Shown here in pieces: positions 28,493-40,200 of a DNA stretch of 59,500 nucleotides. The stretch comes from a virus (taxonomy: Duplodnaviria; Caudoviricetes). The stretch covers positions 1 through 59,500 of the IMG/VR virus record IMGVR_UViG_3300010052_000132. One strand, 5' to 3'. The position numbers and the translations under genes are program-made. The stretch's first letter is position 1; each line of letters starts with the position of its first letter. Under the pieces are notes generated by a model. That model ran no database searches. It had not been told where the DNA came from and saw only the letters and a program-made list of their open reading frames with translations.

Positions 28493-28662
28493 TCGGCGAC
28501 CGCGAGCGCCACCTGGTGCAGCTCTATTTCCAGTGCACCAACGAATGGGGGGCGATCTCCCGCTATCCGGATGGTGAGCCGGTGCTCGACCAGCCGATCA
28601 AGCTCACCCGCGCCTTCGCCGTGATCGGTCGGGAAGTCGCCCGCTATCGGAAATCCAAATGA
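28366..28662 (+). CDS. gpT-like -1 frameshift extension of the tail chaperone
   Basis: Slippery A AAA AAC at 28366-28372; -1 frame open KLAIAVACS...YPDGEPVLDQPIKL...RKSK to TGA at 28662, coupled to the next ATG. Confidence 0.85.
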   Translation, partial: KKLAIAVACSLKPEWFDDEHIEQNGGCRIDGVGTFKSNPARLIGDRERHLVQLYFQCTNEWGAISRYPDGEPVLDQPIKLTRAFAVIGREVARYRKSK

Positions 28663-29369
28663 ACCAGATCTTCCGCTCCACGGTACGCACGCCGGCCCGT
28701 GGCACCGCTCGCGCGCAGCTGCGCCTCGAAAACCAGCTGGCGCGTGCAATGGCGCGCTCGACCGACAAGGGCGCTACGGAGGGCAAGAACCTGATCCGAG
28801 CGGACATGGTGGAGGCGGGCCTTGGCCGGCTCGCCTTTGCGATCGGGTCGGGCTCGGATCTGAAGCGCCAGAGGATCTACCGCACTGCCGAAGGCTTCAA
28901 GGTCTCGGGTGACATACATATCCGCGGGCGATCCGAGCGGACGCGCGGCGCCATCCAGATCTACACCCAAGGCGGCGACATCACCCCGACCAAGGGATGG
29001 CTGTGGATCGCCACCGACGAGATCCCGGCTCGGGTGAACCGACGGAAGATGACCCCGGCGATCTACAACCGAAGCGGGCTGGTCGATCGGATCGGCCCGC
29101 TGATCTTCCGGCCCGGCCGGCATTCCGGCGAGGCGGTCCTGATCGTGCGCAATGTCACGGTCGACCGCTTCGGCCGTGGGCGGCGCGCGCGCAGGCTTCC
29201 GAAACGGGGGGCTATCGGTGCCACGCGCGAACGCCGCGAGTTCATCGTCGCCTTCGTGGGCATCAAGCGCACGTCGCGCAGCCAGCGCATCGAGCCGCGT
29301 CGGATCGCCGGCCAGGCGGCCGCTCGCCAGCCGCGCATTCTTGAAACCGAACTGAGGAACGTCCGATAA
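28659..29369 (+). CDS. Arg-rich virion morphogenesis (neck/tail completion-like) protein
   Basis: Basic; GGDITPTKGWLWI motif; coupled to the tape measure gene. Confidence 0.5.
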   Translation: MNQIFRSTVRTPARGTARAQLRLENQLARAMARSTDKGATEGKNLIRADMVEAGLGRLAFAIGSGSDLKRQRIYRTAEGFKVSGDIHIRGRSERTRGAIQIYTQGGDITPTKGWLWIATDEIPARVNRRKMTPAIYNRSGLVDRIGPLIFRPGRHSGEAVLIVRNVTVDRFGRGRRARRLPKRGAIGATRERREFIVAFVGIKRTSRSQRIEPRRIAGQAAARQPRILETELRNVR

Positions 29370-32300
29370 TGACCACCGGCAGCGCCTTCCCGATGTTCAT
29401 CACCGCCGAATATCGGCGTGATGCGGCAGGCTTCCCTGCGTTCGAGCGCGATGCTGCCGAGGGCGCCCGCGCCGCGCGACGGGCTATCGACAGTGCCTTT
29501 GCCGGATCTGGCGAAAGCGTGCGTCAGCAGTTCCAGGTGGCGTTCAACGACGTGGGGCGGTTCGCGAAGGAAGCGCTCCAGCGGTCGCTCAACGACAATG
29601 GCAGGCTGGACCTCAACCTCCCGGGTTTTCAGCAGGCGGCGCGCGAAGCACGGGCCTATCAGCAGGCCGTGCAGGAGCTGTTCGATGCGGCCCGCACATT
29701 GGCGCGGCAGACCGGCGACACGTCTTCGGAGACCCGGCAGTTCCTGGCCGCTCTTGAAGCACAAGTGGTGGAATCGCGCTCCGCGGTGGCTGCGGCCGAC
29801 GCACAGACGGCGTCCTATGCCAAGCTGCAGGAGCAGCTCGACCGAACCGCCAGCCGCACCTCCTCGCTCGCGACGGCTATGCGCGACCTGTATCAGCAGC
29901 AGGCTGCAGCGGCCCGCGCCGAGGTCCTCCAGGGCGAAGCCCGCAACGCTTTCGATACCACGCTCGCGCGTCAGGGGGTTGGCGCCTCCAGCGGCAAGTC
30001 GGCCGCCGCCGCCGCCGAGATCTTCCGTGAGGCCGCCGCGCTCGAGGATCTGGCGAATGCCGAGCGCAATGCCGCGCGCTCAGCAGACCTGCTCGCCCAG
30101 ATCAACCGGGTCGTCGGTGTTACCGCCACAGAAGCAGCGCGAAGCGCCTCGGAATCGGCCAACGTATTCGAACAGGCTTTCCGGGCGCAGGAGCGCGCTG
30201 CGCAGGAGGCCGAACAGGCCTGGCTCGACCTCGCACGCGCCCAGGAAGTCGCCGAGCGGCAGGCGATCGCCTACCGCAGAACGCTGGAGAGCCAGAGCGC
30301 GTTCGCGCCGACGTCCGAGATCGAGCGCTTTCGTCAGCAGGTCGAGACGATCCAGCAGCTCACGGCTGGTGCCCTGTCGATGCCGCGCAACGATCTGGGC
30401 TCATTGGCGATCGATCTCGATGCTTACAAGCGCGGGGCCGAGAACGCCCGGGCACAGGCGATCGCGCTGCGCGAAGTCGCGACCGCGGCCGACCGGGCGG
30501 CCAAGGAAGCGGGCGATCTCTCCGAAGCGACCCGACGCCTGATCGTAGCGGCTGGCGCGGCGGCGCGCGAGGCCGAGGATCTGGCGAACGCAGCCGAGGA
30601 AGAGGCGCGCGCCTTCACCTTGCTGCAGGGCGCGCTGAACCAGACCTCGTCGAGTACGCAGGCTGTGATCCGCAACAACAACAAGCTCAACGAGTCCCTC
30701 TATGGTGGCGTCGATGGGCTGCGCGCCCAGCGGTTCGCCCTCGTCCAGACCGGCCAGCAGCTTCAGGACTTCACGGTCAGCCTGAGCTCCGGCCAGAAGC
30801 TGAGCACCGTGCTGATCCAGCAGCTGCCCCAGCTTGCTTTCGCCATGACAGGTTTCGGGGGCAAAGTCGGACAGGTCGCCGAAAAGCTCGCCGGACTTCA
30901 GGGCTTCCTCATCATCACCGCGATCGCACTGGCGGCCGAGTTCACTCCTGCTCTGTTCGGCGCCAGCGAGGCGTCGGATGACCTGGCGAAGCGCCAGGAC
31001 CTCCTCGCCGACTATCTTGATAAGGCGACAGGCAAGATCAAAGAGCAGGTCACCTGGCTCGACATCCTGCAGGGGAAGCGAGACCTTGAGGCCGCGCGCG
31101 AGAAGCAGCAGAGGACCTTCGATCGCGCGCGGCGCAGCGTTCTAACGACGCTGACCGAGTCTGGCAGCCGGCTCGATCCAACTGCGCGCGTTGCCAATCC
31201 GAATCCGGTCTCGGCAGAGGGTCTCAAGCTCCTTCGTCAGACATATCGCGACCTCGAGAGCGGCGCGATCGATGCAGCCAAAGCCGTGCAGTTGATCAGC
31301 GCAGCAGCGGCAAAGGACAAGTCGCTCGCCGGCGCGGCGAAGGATGTTGAGAAGGTCGCCTTCGCCTATAATGATGCGAAGAAAGAGCTCGACGCCACCA
31401 ACCTCCAGATTGCCCGCCTAGCCGTTTCTCAAGGCACCGCAACCGCAGCGCAGAAAAAGCTGGTCGAAGCGAACCGGGAGAGCAACACCAACACCGCCCG
31501 CGCGATCGAGCTGGCCAGCCAGGAAGCGACCGCTACCACCGACGTCGAGCGCGCCCGTGCCCGGCTGGAGCAGGTCAAGCTGCGCGGCGCCGATATCGAC
31601 AAGAAAGGGGAAGCTGCCCAGCGGCAGTACCGCAAGGATCTCGACGCAGCCAACACCGCGCTGAACCAGGCCGAGGCGGCGGCGGACGCGGCGCGGCGCG
31701 CCAAGACCGATCTGAACCGCGAGACGCGCGAGGCCACCAAGCTAGCGAAGGAGCAGTCGGCGGCCGAGGAACGGATCAAGCGGATCAGCGGCCAGTTCGA
31801 TGCCCAGCCGCGCTTCGCCGACCAGCAGGAAGCCGCGCTGCGCTATCTCGACCAGCAGATCGAGCGCTATCAGAGGCTGAACGACGAGAAGTCGAAGCAG
31901 ATCGTCATTGAGGCGCGCGCGGCCAAGGCCACCGTCATCTCCGGTCGCGACACGCGGTTCGAGCAGTTCGTCGAGGATCAGCAGCAGGGGCTGGAGATCC
32001 AGACGCTCCGGAATGCGGGGTACCTCGCCGAGGCCGACGCGCTCCAGAATATCTACCAGCTGCAGCGCCAGATCGGCTCGCTCCTGCCAGAGCAGAAGGA
32101 TCAGGTCATCGCGATCGCGCGCGCTTATGAAGCGCAGCGCCGCGAGGCCGAGGAAACCCGCAAGGTCGTCGAGGCCTATGCCGGGATGGTCACCGACGTG
32201 CAGAGCGCCATCGAGCGGCTGGCTGGACGCACCTTGGCCGGCAAGAACCCGCTGAAGTCGCTGAGCAGCTTCGGCTCGGACCTCGTCAACAGCTATGTCC

Positions 32301-34177
32301 AGACGCAGATCCGCGTGGCATCCGAGCAGCTGTTCAAGGGCGTCGACCAGCAGCTGCGCGACTTCGTCAATCCGCAGCAAAAGCTCGACACCGCGACAAC
32401 GAAAGCAGCCGACGCGGTCGAGGTGTTCGCCCGCGCGCTGACCAACGCGACAGCCCAGCTGACAGGGGCCGGACAGGTCAAGTTGCTCGGCGATAGCGGG
32501 TTCGGCGGCACAGCGGCACTCGCCAACCTGACCCTGCCTTCCGCCCAGAATCTCGCCGGAGACTTGCGAGCCGCAGCTGCCGACGCCCTCGCCGATGCGC
32601 GAGATGCTCTCGGCATAGATGGAGGCCGCACCGACGGCGAGATCATCGTCAGCGCCCAGAAGGAAGTGGTCACCGCCATTCGTAAAGGGACCGGCGACCT
32701 TCTCTCGAAGGGCTTTCCGTCGGTCAAGGATGCTCTGAACCAGCTGGGCGGCGCGCTGGGCGACAACCTCGCCCGGAGCGGAGAACGCCAGGGCGGCCTC
32801 ATCGGCAAGGCGTCGCGCAGCCTTCAATCGGTCAGCCAGAACCTCGGCACGATCATTCAAGGCGGCGCGCTGGGCGCGGCGATCGGCGGCAGCTTTGGCG
32901 GGTCCGGCCGGAATATCGGCGGTGGCGTAGGCGCCTTGTCGTCGCTCATCTTCGGGAGCAGCGCCAATAGCGTGATGGGCCCGCTGGCGATCGCGAGCGT
33001 GGCGAACCAGGCCATCGGCGACATCTTCGGGTTCAAGGGTGGCCCGCTGGGCGTACTGACGGGGCTGTTCTCACGCACCAAGAAGGGCTCCGCCACCCTC
33101 GGCTACGACTCGACGACCGGCATCTTCTCCAACGCCGTCTCCGGAAACAGCCAGTCATATCGAGATGCAGCGAACAATCTGGGCAACAGTGTCACAGGCA
33201 CGTTGCAGAAGATCGCGGACTCGCTCGGCGCCGACCTCGGCGACTTCTCGGTTTCGATCGGTGCTCGGAAGAAGAACTACGTCGTCGATAGCACGGGGAG
33301 CGGTCGGACCAAGGGCGCTGGCACCCAGAGCTTCAAGGAAGAAGCCGACGCCATCCGAGCGGCTGTTATCGACGCTATCCGCGACGGGGCAATCAGCGCC
33401 AGGGCGGGTACGCAGCGCCTCCTTAGTCAGGGCACAGACCTCGATGCGGCGCTAAACCGCGCGGCCAAATTTGAAGGCGTGTTCAAGTCGCTCAAGCAGA
33501 CGCTGGATCCGGTCGGCTATGCGGTCGACGAACTGGACCGGCAATTCGAAGACCTCAAGCGGGTATTCGCGGCGGCTGGTGCGAGTTCGGAAGAATATGC
33601 CCAGCTCGAGCAGCTCTATTCGCTCCAGCGCGCCGACACGATCAAGCAGGCGGCCTCGGCGATGCGCTCGTCGCTGCAGGGGCTGCTCGACGATCTGAAG
33701 GTCGGGGAATCGGGCGGGCTGTCGCTGCGCGACCGGCTCAACAATGCGCTGGCGACCTATAACCCGCTGGCGGCGCAGGTACGGTCGGGCGCCACGAACG
33801 TCGATTATGACGCCTTCACCGAGGCGGCCCGCACGGTGCAGGAGCTCGCGCGCGAGCTCTACGGGAGCCAGGACGGCTTCTTCTCGATCATCGACGACAT
33901 CCGCTCGCTGACCGAAAAGGCGCTGGGCGACCAGCAGGCGATGATCGACATGGCGACGGGCAAGACCACGCCCTTCGACGCCTCGACGCCCTCCACGACG
34001 TCACCGTCGAACGACAACACGCCGATCGTCAACGGCCTGACCTCGGTCGAGCAGGCGATCGCGCAGGGCTTCGCCTCCATGGGTCTCAACCTGAACTCGA
34101 TCCTGACGGCCATTCGCGCCCAGGGCACGACCGCGCTGATCAACCCGAACAGCATCGCGCCTAGGAGCGGCTTCTGA
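29369..34177 (+). CDS. Tail tape measure protein
   Basis: 1602 aa Ala-rich helical protein; QLQDFTVSL.SGQ...LIQQLPQL motif. Confidence 0.92.
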   Translation: MTTGSAFPMFITAEYRRDAAGFPAFERDAAEGARAARRAIDSAFAGSGESVRQQFQVAFNDVGRFAKEALQRSLNDNGRLDLNLPGFQQAAREARAYQQAVQELFDAARTLARQTGDTSSETRQFLAALEAQVVESRSAVAAADAQTASYAKLQEQLDRTASRTSSLATAMRDLYQQQAAAARAEVLQGEARNAFDTTLARQGVGASSGKSAAAAAEIFREAAALEDLANAERNAARSADLLAQINRVVGVTATEAARSASESANVFEQAFRAQERAAQEAEQAWLDLARAQEVAERQAIAYRRTLESQSAFAPTSEIERFRQQVETIQQLTAGALSMPRNDLGSLAIDLDAYKRGAENARAQAIALREVATAADRAAKEAGDLSEATRRLIVAAGAAAREAEDLANAAEEEARAFTLLQGALNQTSSSTQAVIRNNNKLNESLYGGVDGLRAQRFALVQTGQQLQDFTVSLSSGQKLSTVLIQQLPQLAFAMTGFGGKVGQVAEKLAGLQGFLIITAIALAAEFTPALFGASEASDDLAKRQDLLADYLDKATGKIKEQVTWLDILQGKRDLEAAREKQQRTFDRARRSVLTTLTESGSRLDPTARVANPNPVSAEGLKLLRQTYRDLESGAIDAAKAVQLISAAAAKDKSLAGAAKDVEKVAFAYNDAKKELDATNLQIARLAVSQGTATAAQKKLVEANRESNTNTARAIELASQEATATTDVERARARLEQVKLRGADIDKKGEAAQRQYRKDLDAANTALNQAEAAADAARRAKTDLNRETREATKLAKEQSAAEERIKRISGQFDAQPRFADQQEAALRYLDQQIERYQRLNDEKSKQIVIEARAAKATVISGRDTRFEQFVEDQQQGLEIQTLRNAGYLAEADALQNIYQLQRQIGSLLPEQKDQVIAIARAYEAQRREAEETRKVVEAYAGMVTDVQSAIERLAGRTLAGKNPLKSLSSFGSDLVNSYVQTQIRVASEQLFKGVDQQLRDFVNPQQKLDTATTKAADAVEVFARALTNATAQLTGAGQVKLLGDSGFGGTAALANLTLPSAQNLAGDLRAAAADALADARDALGIDGGRTDGEIIVSAQKEVVTAIRKGTGDLLSKGFPSVKDALNQLGGALGDNLARSGERQGGLIGKASRSLQSVSQNLGTIIQGGALGAAIGGSFGGSGRNIGGGVGALSSLIFGSSANSVMGPLAIASVANQAIGDIFGFKGGPLGVLTGLFSRTKKGSATLGYDSTTGIFSNAVSGNSQSYRDAANNLGNSVTGTLQKIADSLGADLGDFSVSIGARKKNYVVDSTGSGRTKGAGTQSFKEEADAIRAAVIDAIRDGAISARAGTQRLLSQGTDLDAALNRAAKFEGVFKSLKQTLDPVGYAVDELDRQFEDLKRVFAAAGASSEEYAQLEQLYSLQRADTIKQAASAMRSSLQGLLDDLKVGESGGLSLRDRLNNALATYNPLAAQVRSGATNVDYDAFTEAARTVQELARELYGSQDGFFSIIDDIRSLTEKALGDQQAMIDMATGKTTPFDASTPSTTSPSNDNTPIVNGLTSVEQAIAQGFASMGLNLNSILTAIRAQGTTALINPNSIAPRSGF

Positions 34178-36468
34178 TGCAGCATGTTCTGGCAACGCTC
34201 GAGCCGCTCGATCCGGCCACGGGCGAGCGCGTGATGCTGCGCGCTGCGTCCGCCGATCTGCGCGATCTGACGGGCATGGGCGAGGAGCGGTGGTGGCCGG
34301 CGATCTCGGAACTGCCGACGCGGTCGATCGGCCTGTTCGATGGCGACTTCTCCGGCGCGCCCTCGTTGGGCACCGCAAGCCTGACCGTCCAGTTGGACCG
34401 GCTTGCGAAGCTCTATGGCGACGCGCGCCGCCTATTCTGGCCGTCGGCCAAGGTGAAGATCTACCGGGGCTCGACCGATGATGGCTGGCCATGGGGCGTC
34501 TGGTTTCCTGGCATCGTCGACAAGTGGGACATCACCGCCAACCGCTTGCGCCTTACGCTCAGGATCGACACGGCAGCGTTCGACGCGAAGGTCCTGACGC
34601 GCAGCTATGCCGGCACCGGCGGCGCCGAAGGGCCCGAGAGCCTGAAGGGCACGCTGAAGCCGCTGATCTGCGGCCGGGCACGCAACGTCGAGCCGATCCT
34701 GGTCGACGAGGTCAACTCGGTGTTTCAGTTCTCCGGCTATGGCACGATCAGCGCCGTCAACGCACTGTTCGAGCGCGCCTCGAGCTTCGGCGCCCCGGTG
34801 GCAGACCATCCGAACTACGCCGCGCTGGTCGCCGCCACGATTCCGCGCGGGCGCTGGGCGACCTGCCTCGCCGAGGGCATGGTGCGGCTGGGCGCGCCGC
34901 CGGCCGGGCTCATCACCGGCGATATCGACGGCCACCGTGTCGGCGCCGGCTGGCCGCGACGCACCGGCGCGATCATCGCCGCAGCGGCCGATATCGCCGA
35001 CGTCGATCCCGTCCTGATCGACATGGCCTCGCTCGAGGCGCTCGATGCTGCGGTCGACCGCCCGATCAACATCGTCCTGACCGACCAGGCGTCCGTCATC
35101 GAGCTGGCGCAGCGGCTGGCGCGCCCGTGCAATGCGCAGGCTGCCATCGGCTGGGATGGTCGGCTCTTCGTCAACAAGCTGGCCTTCTCGGCGCCGATCG
35201 CGACGCTGGACGCGCAGGGGCGGCAGCTGCCGAAGGTGATCAAGAATGTCGAGGCAGACGTCTCGGCCCCCTATGCCCGGATCGCCATGGGCGCCGACCG
35301 ATGCTGGCGCGTTCACACCCTGGACGAGATTGCGAGCCCCTACACGCTCGTCCTCACCGGGCCCTATGATCCGACGCGCAAATATCGGCAGGGCAACATC
35401 GTCGATTACGCCGGCAGGCGGTGGGAATGGATCAACGAGAGCGCGCTGGCCGGTCATGAGCCGATGGAAGGCGCATATTGGACGGAGCTTCCGGAGAGCC
35501 TGTCCGGCGTGCTTATGGTCTATCCGGACGGCACGCCCGTCCCCGTGCTGCAGCCGGACGAGCCGAACGCCGACAACACGGGCAACCAGTTCGAATCCGT
35601 GTTCACCGACAAGCTCGGCCGCGCGCCGGCGGACGTCGTCGGCGATCTCGACATCAGCCTCGAGTCCGTTGCCGCCGCGATCATGCGCGGCGGGCTGTTC
35701 AAGGACATCCTCGATCGAGAGACCACGCTTGCCGATGGCACCCGGGTCAAGACGTGGGCCCAGACCATCGGCGTGTCGATCGGCGATACGGTCGCCTTCG
35801 TCACCGACCTGCGCGAGGTCAGCAGCGACGGGGTCGTCAAGGCGCTGCTCTCGCTCAACTCGAACGGCCATGTGACCGGCTGGACCGCTACGAACGACGG
35901 GGAACGGGGCAACTTCTATATCGTCGCCGACGAGTGGGGCTTCGTAGATCCGGCCGACGCCGACAACCCCGATGCCGTCCCGACCAAGCCCTTCTACTAT
36001 TATGACGGCATCCTCTATGCCGACAATATGCGGGTCCGGATGCTCGCGGCCGACACGGTGCAGACCGCCAATCTGGTCAGCGGCGCGCTGGGCAAGAGCG
36101 AGACGGCGAAGACCGGGATGCAGTATGACGGCAGCGGCCCGGCGCCCGGCGCGGTCTGGCAAACCGTGATCAACTACACGCTCGAGCTCCCCGCGCGCGC
36201 GAACGTCACCTTCACCATCTCGGGCCGCCATGCCTACATCGAAGCTGCGGGCGATTTCGAAGCGCTGCTCTTGGTAAATGGCGCCGACAAGGACGTCCGG
36301 GCCTTCGGCGGTGCCGGTGCCTATGTCCCGACGTGGAGCGACGTCGATACGTTCGAATACCCCAAGAGCAGCCTCAATATCCAACTGCTCTGGCGCGGCA
36401 GTTTCGGGATCCACCTGGAGAAAGCCCGGGTGGTGATGAACGTCACCTACATCGGAGGATCAGAATAA
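34177..36468 (+). CDS. Tail tip/hub protein
   Basis: YAGTGGAEG...KPLICGRARNVEPILVD motif; J-like C-terminal F.I.AD region. Confidence 0.75.
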   Translation: MQHVLATLEPLDPATGERVMLRAASADLRDLTGMGEERWWPAISELPTRSIGLFDGDFSGAPSLGTASLTVQLDRLAKLYGDARRLFWPSAKVKIYRGSTDDGWPWGVWFPGIVDKWDITANRLRLTLRIDTAAFDAKVLTRSYAGTGGAEGPESLKGTLKPLICGRARNVEPILVDEVNSVFQFSGYGTISAVNALFERASSFGAPVADHPNYAALVAATIPRGRWATCLAEGMVRLGAPPAGLITGDIDGHRVGAGWPRRTGAIIAAAADIADVDPVLIDMASLEALDAAVDRPINIVLTDQASVIELAQRLARPCNAQAAIGWDGRLFVNKLAFSAPIATLDAQGRQLPKVIKNVEADVSAPYARIAMGADRCWRVHTLDEIASPYTLVLTGPYDPTRKYRQGNIVDYAGRRWEWINESALAGHEPMEGAYWTELPESLSGVLMVYPDGTPVPVLQPDEPNADNTGNQFESVFTDKLGRAPADVVGDLDISLESVAAAIMRGGLFKDILDRETTLADGTRVKTWAQTIGVSIGDTVAFVTDLREVSSDGVVKALLSLNSNGHVTGWTATNDGERGNFYIVADEWGFVDPADADNPDAVPTKPFYYYDGILYADNMRVRMLAADTVQTANLVSGALGKSETAKTGMQYDGSGPAPGAVWQTVINYTLELPARANVTFTISGRHAYIEAAGDFEALLLVNGADKDVRAFGGAGAYVPTWSDVDTFEYPKSSLNIQLLWRGSFGIHLEKARVVMNVTYIGGSE

Positions 36469-36653
36469 TGGATGTTCCTTGGTACCATGTCGGCAAGCCG
36501 GGCCACCAGTCGCGGCTCATCTGCAACAGCGCCAGTGGCGCGCGAGCCAGCGCAGGGCGGGACGAAGTTGTCGCCGAAGCCTTTCACGACGGCCCCAGCA
36601 CGATCTCGGCCGAAGAGCCTTATGTTGTCACCCCCATCAAGGACGAGGCCTGA
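36468..36653 (+). CDS. Small tail-associated hypothetical protein
   Basis: TAATG and TGATG coupling, RBS GGAGG. Confidence 0.55.
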   Translation: MDVPWYHVGKPGHQSRLICNSASGARASAGRDEVVAEAFHDGPSTISAEEPYVVTPIKDEA

Positions 36654-37234
36654 TGCCCACGGAGGCTGAAACGACCGCCTTCAGCACGCTGGTCGACCAG
36701 TTCAAGGACCTGGTCGAGCGGCGCGAGACGGGCGACGATCTCTGGTTCGACTGGCAGACGGGCGTCGTCGGCGGTGGGCCCGACGGCGATGGCCGCTATC
36801 CCCTCCGCAATCGCGCCGGGGAGGATGTCCTGGTGCTGTGCCCCGCCGCGATGGCAGCGCAGGTGCTCAACATGGGCTATCAGGCGCAGGTGGGCTTCGA
36901 TGCCGCGCTGACGACGTCCGAGCGCTTCGCCACGCTGATGATGCCGGCGAATGTCCGCTTCACCGATAATTTCAGCAACAATATGGGCATGCTGCTCGGT
37001 ACCGCGCCAGAGGCCAACCTCGTCATCAACATCCGGCGCTTCGCGGCGGACGGCAGCGGCGGCGCCATCATCGGCACCGTCACCGTGACGCCGGCGCGGG
37101 CAATCAGCTGGAACACGGTCGCCACCGGCTTCCTCGACCTGAACGCGGGCGAGGTGCTGGCGCTCGAGGGCCCAGCCGCCGCGCTCGCGGCAACGCAGCT
37201 GATCCTGCTGTTTAAGGCGAATTACCGCACATGA
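36653..37234 (+). CDS. Tail fibre-associated protein
   Basis: Coupled ORF; N-terminal GGPDGDGRYPL adaptor-like motif; beta-rich C-terminus. Confidence 0.55.
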   Translation: MPTEAETTAFSTLVDQFKDLVERRETGDDLWFDWQTGVVGGGPDGDGRYPLRNRAGEDVLVLCPAAMAAQVLNMGYQAQVGFDAALTTSERFATLMMPANVRFTDNFSNNMGMLLGTAPEANLVINIRRFAADGSGGAIIGTVTVTPARAISWNTVATGFLDLNAGEVLALEGPAAALAATQLILLFKANYRT

Positions 37235-40200
37235 CGATCTTCTTCACGCTCGACGCCCGAACGATGGTCGACGGGGTCACCATGGCCTCCCTCGGCCTCG
37301 AGGAATATCCGGCGATCAAGCCCGACGGGACGGATTTCGGAGACCCCGCCTTCACGACGAGCGGCGGCAGGATCGTCAACGCGAACTTCTTTGACGTGAC
37401 CTGCCCGCCCCGGCTGGTGCGCCGCCTTGCCGGCCCGATCGTGCGGGGCGAGGCCCGGTTCAAGCTGGGCCAGTCGGCGGTGCTCCTGTTCAGCCCGGAT
37501 GCACGGCAGGGGCTCTTTCTCGAACGCTACTTCTACGGGACCACGCACGCGCTCGCGGTCGATCATTTCATCGACTATCAGTTCCAGCGCACCGCCGGCT
37601 TCCAATATGCCGCCGAGTACAATGGCATCAGCACCGCCAACCAGTATCTTACGCTGCCGTCCGAGGTGGACGTCAGCTGGGTCGTCGCCAGCGGGCAGCT
37701 GACGATCCTCGTCAACGGCGTACCACAGCGGCTGCGCGACTTCGGTAATGGCGGGTTCGTGGATAGCGTGCCGATCCCCGCTGCGCTGCTGGGGAGCGAC
37801 GGCGCAGGTTTCGTCCCCTTCTTCCACAACAACTATGCGTTCCCGCTAGTGCTCCGGGACAATGCCGACCTCATCTACTGCACCGACGTGATCCCCGAGC
37901 GATTCGACGACGACACTGCGCGGCTGGTGATCGATGGGGTATGCTCCAAGGGTGCGTCGAGCCAGGTCAGCGTGGCCGTGAGGAGCAGCTCGAACACACT
38001 GCTGCACTCGGCCACGGTACCGATCTCCAGCGGGCGATGGCAGGTGCGAACCGGGCAGATCGCAAAGACCTACGAGCCCTCGCGCTTCGTGTGCGATCTC
38101 GACGACGGTTCTCTCGATCTCACCGTGACGGATGTCCGGTCCGGTCAGATCAGGACCGGCCAGGTGCTGTTTGGCACGGGCATCGCAGCGAACGCCACAA
38201 TCCAGAGCCAGCTGTCGGGCACGGCGGGCGGTGCCGGCACGTACAGGATGTCGGCCGCCGCGACGCAGACCGTTCGGGGTCAGATCTCAACGGGCACGAG
38301 CGAGCTGCGCGTCACCGCGTCGAATGTCGGTGGCGCGGTCGAACAGCGCGTGGTGCTGGCGGGCTTCCCGCGGACGCTGACGAAGCAGGAGGTGCGGCTG
38401 GGCAACAACCTCGACCTGCTCGACTATTACACCGGCTGGTGGCCCTTCCACGATCTCGGCCGTGCGATCCAGTGGCGCGTCGCGAGCCAGTACATCGTGC
38501 CGGCGTGGGTCAACGAGTCCGACTTCGCGGCCAGCGGCATGTTCGCCTCCCACCTGCCCGCCTCGGTCATGAACGCGGCACCGAACGGCAGCCCGCGCAA
38601 GTTTCCCGACGACACGGCGCTGCAGCTGCAGGCGCAGCTGCCCTGGTTCCCGGAGCCGGGCGACTATGTGATGGACATGACGGACGCGCCAAACCTGCTC
38701 TGGTCGTTCTCGAACACGGCCGGCAAGGTGACGGTGACGCTCGACCATTATGGGCCGAAGCTGCACCGCGTCTCGATCAGCGAAAAATACATCCCGACGT
38801 CGACCGGCGACGGCTGGCGGATCAACCTCATCCGGGACTCGAGCAAGCCCAACCTCGGCATGCCGACAACCGAGTGGACACTGACAATGCGCAAGGCGGG
38901 CTCGCCCGGCGACGTCGAGTGGAACGAGAGCTTCCTCGACTGGGTCCGTCAGGGCGGGATGAGCCACCTTCGCTGGATGTCCGGCATGATGGCGGCCGAA
39001 GAGCCCAAAATGCCGAGGAACATCACCACCGCGGCGAAGCGCGCCAAGCTGACCGACCAGACATGGTCCTGCCAGTTCAACGCCCGGCCGCAGATCCCGT
39101 TCGAGCTGATCGTCGACCTGCACAACCGCACCGGCAAACATCTGTGGCTGAACCTGCCCCGCAGCGCCGACGAGAGCTATATTCGGGAGATCGTGGGCAT
39201 CGTCCGCGACCAGCTCGACCCCGAACTGCTCTTCTACTGGACCATGTCCAACGAGGTCTGGAACTTCGCACAGCGGCAGATCTTCAGCTACCGCGACGAC
39301 GGGCTGAAGCGCGGCCTGGGCAAGGGCCGCAGCTGTCGCGCCGCGATCACCTCTGCCAGCGACATCGTCGAGATCCAGACCGCCGAGTTCGGGCCGGTCG
39401 AAGTCGGCCAGCGCATCGTGGGGCCCGGTATCCCCGCCGACAGCTTCATCACCGAGATGCTGGGCGGCTCAGGCCGCGCCGGTACCTATCGCATGTCGAA
39501 CGCAGCGACTGCCACCGCCACGATCACCGCGACCTATGACGCGGCGACCTTCGGCGGCGACGCGGACTATGATTATTCGGCCGTGCCGAACTGGACGGCG
39601 GGCATAGCGGTCACGGCTGGCGACCTCGTGCAGTCGTTCAACATCTATCGTGCCCGCACGACGCACACGAGCGTCGCCGATCCGATCAGCAATACCGACT
39701 GGACGAAGTGGGATTTGGTGCAGAGCGGCGACGCTGCCGCGCGACGGGCCCATATCGAGCAGATCCTCGCTGTCCGTGCGATCGTGGAAGACGAGATGGG
39801 CGGAGCGACGCCCTACGGCGCGCGCTGCCGGCTGCTCGCCGAGACATGGGAAGCGGTCTTCGAGACCTGGCTGCCAACCTATCTCGACTGGGGCAATCTG
39901 CGCGCCCATCTTACGGCGATCTGCGGGGCAACCTATTTCGGGAATGAGTCGCCGATCTTCCGCTGGGAGACAGCGAGCACAGCGGTTCGCCAGGCGGTGC
40001 TGACGAAGACCGGCGCAGACCGGATCGCAGTCTGGGTCGATGCCGCGAAGACGGAAGCGATCAACGTCGCGAAGCGGCACGCGAAGAACGCCCTGGCGCT
40101 GGCAAACGCTCTTGAGGACAGGGACATGGCCGAAGGCGAGATCGGCTACTGGACCTATGAAGGCGGCCCTGAATATGGCTTCGCTCTGGCCAATGAGGAT

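Noticed and set aside
17725-39539. Long antisense or alternate-frame ORFs (e.g. 17725-19641 -, 34432-36414 -, 37941-39539 +)
   Set aside because: Shadow ORFs expected from high-GC codon bias over well-supported genes
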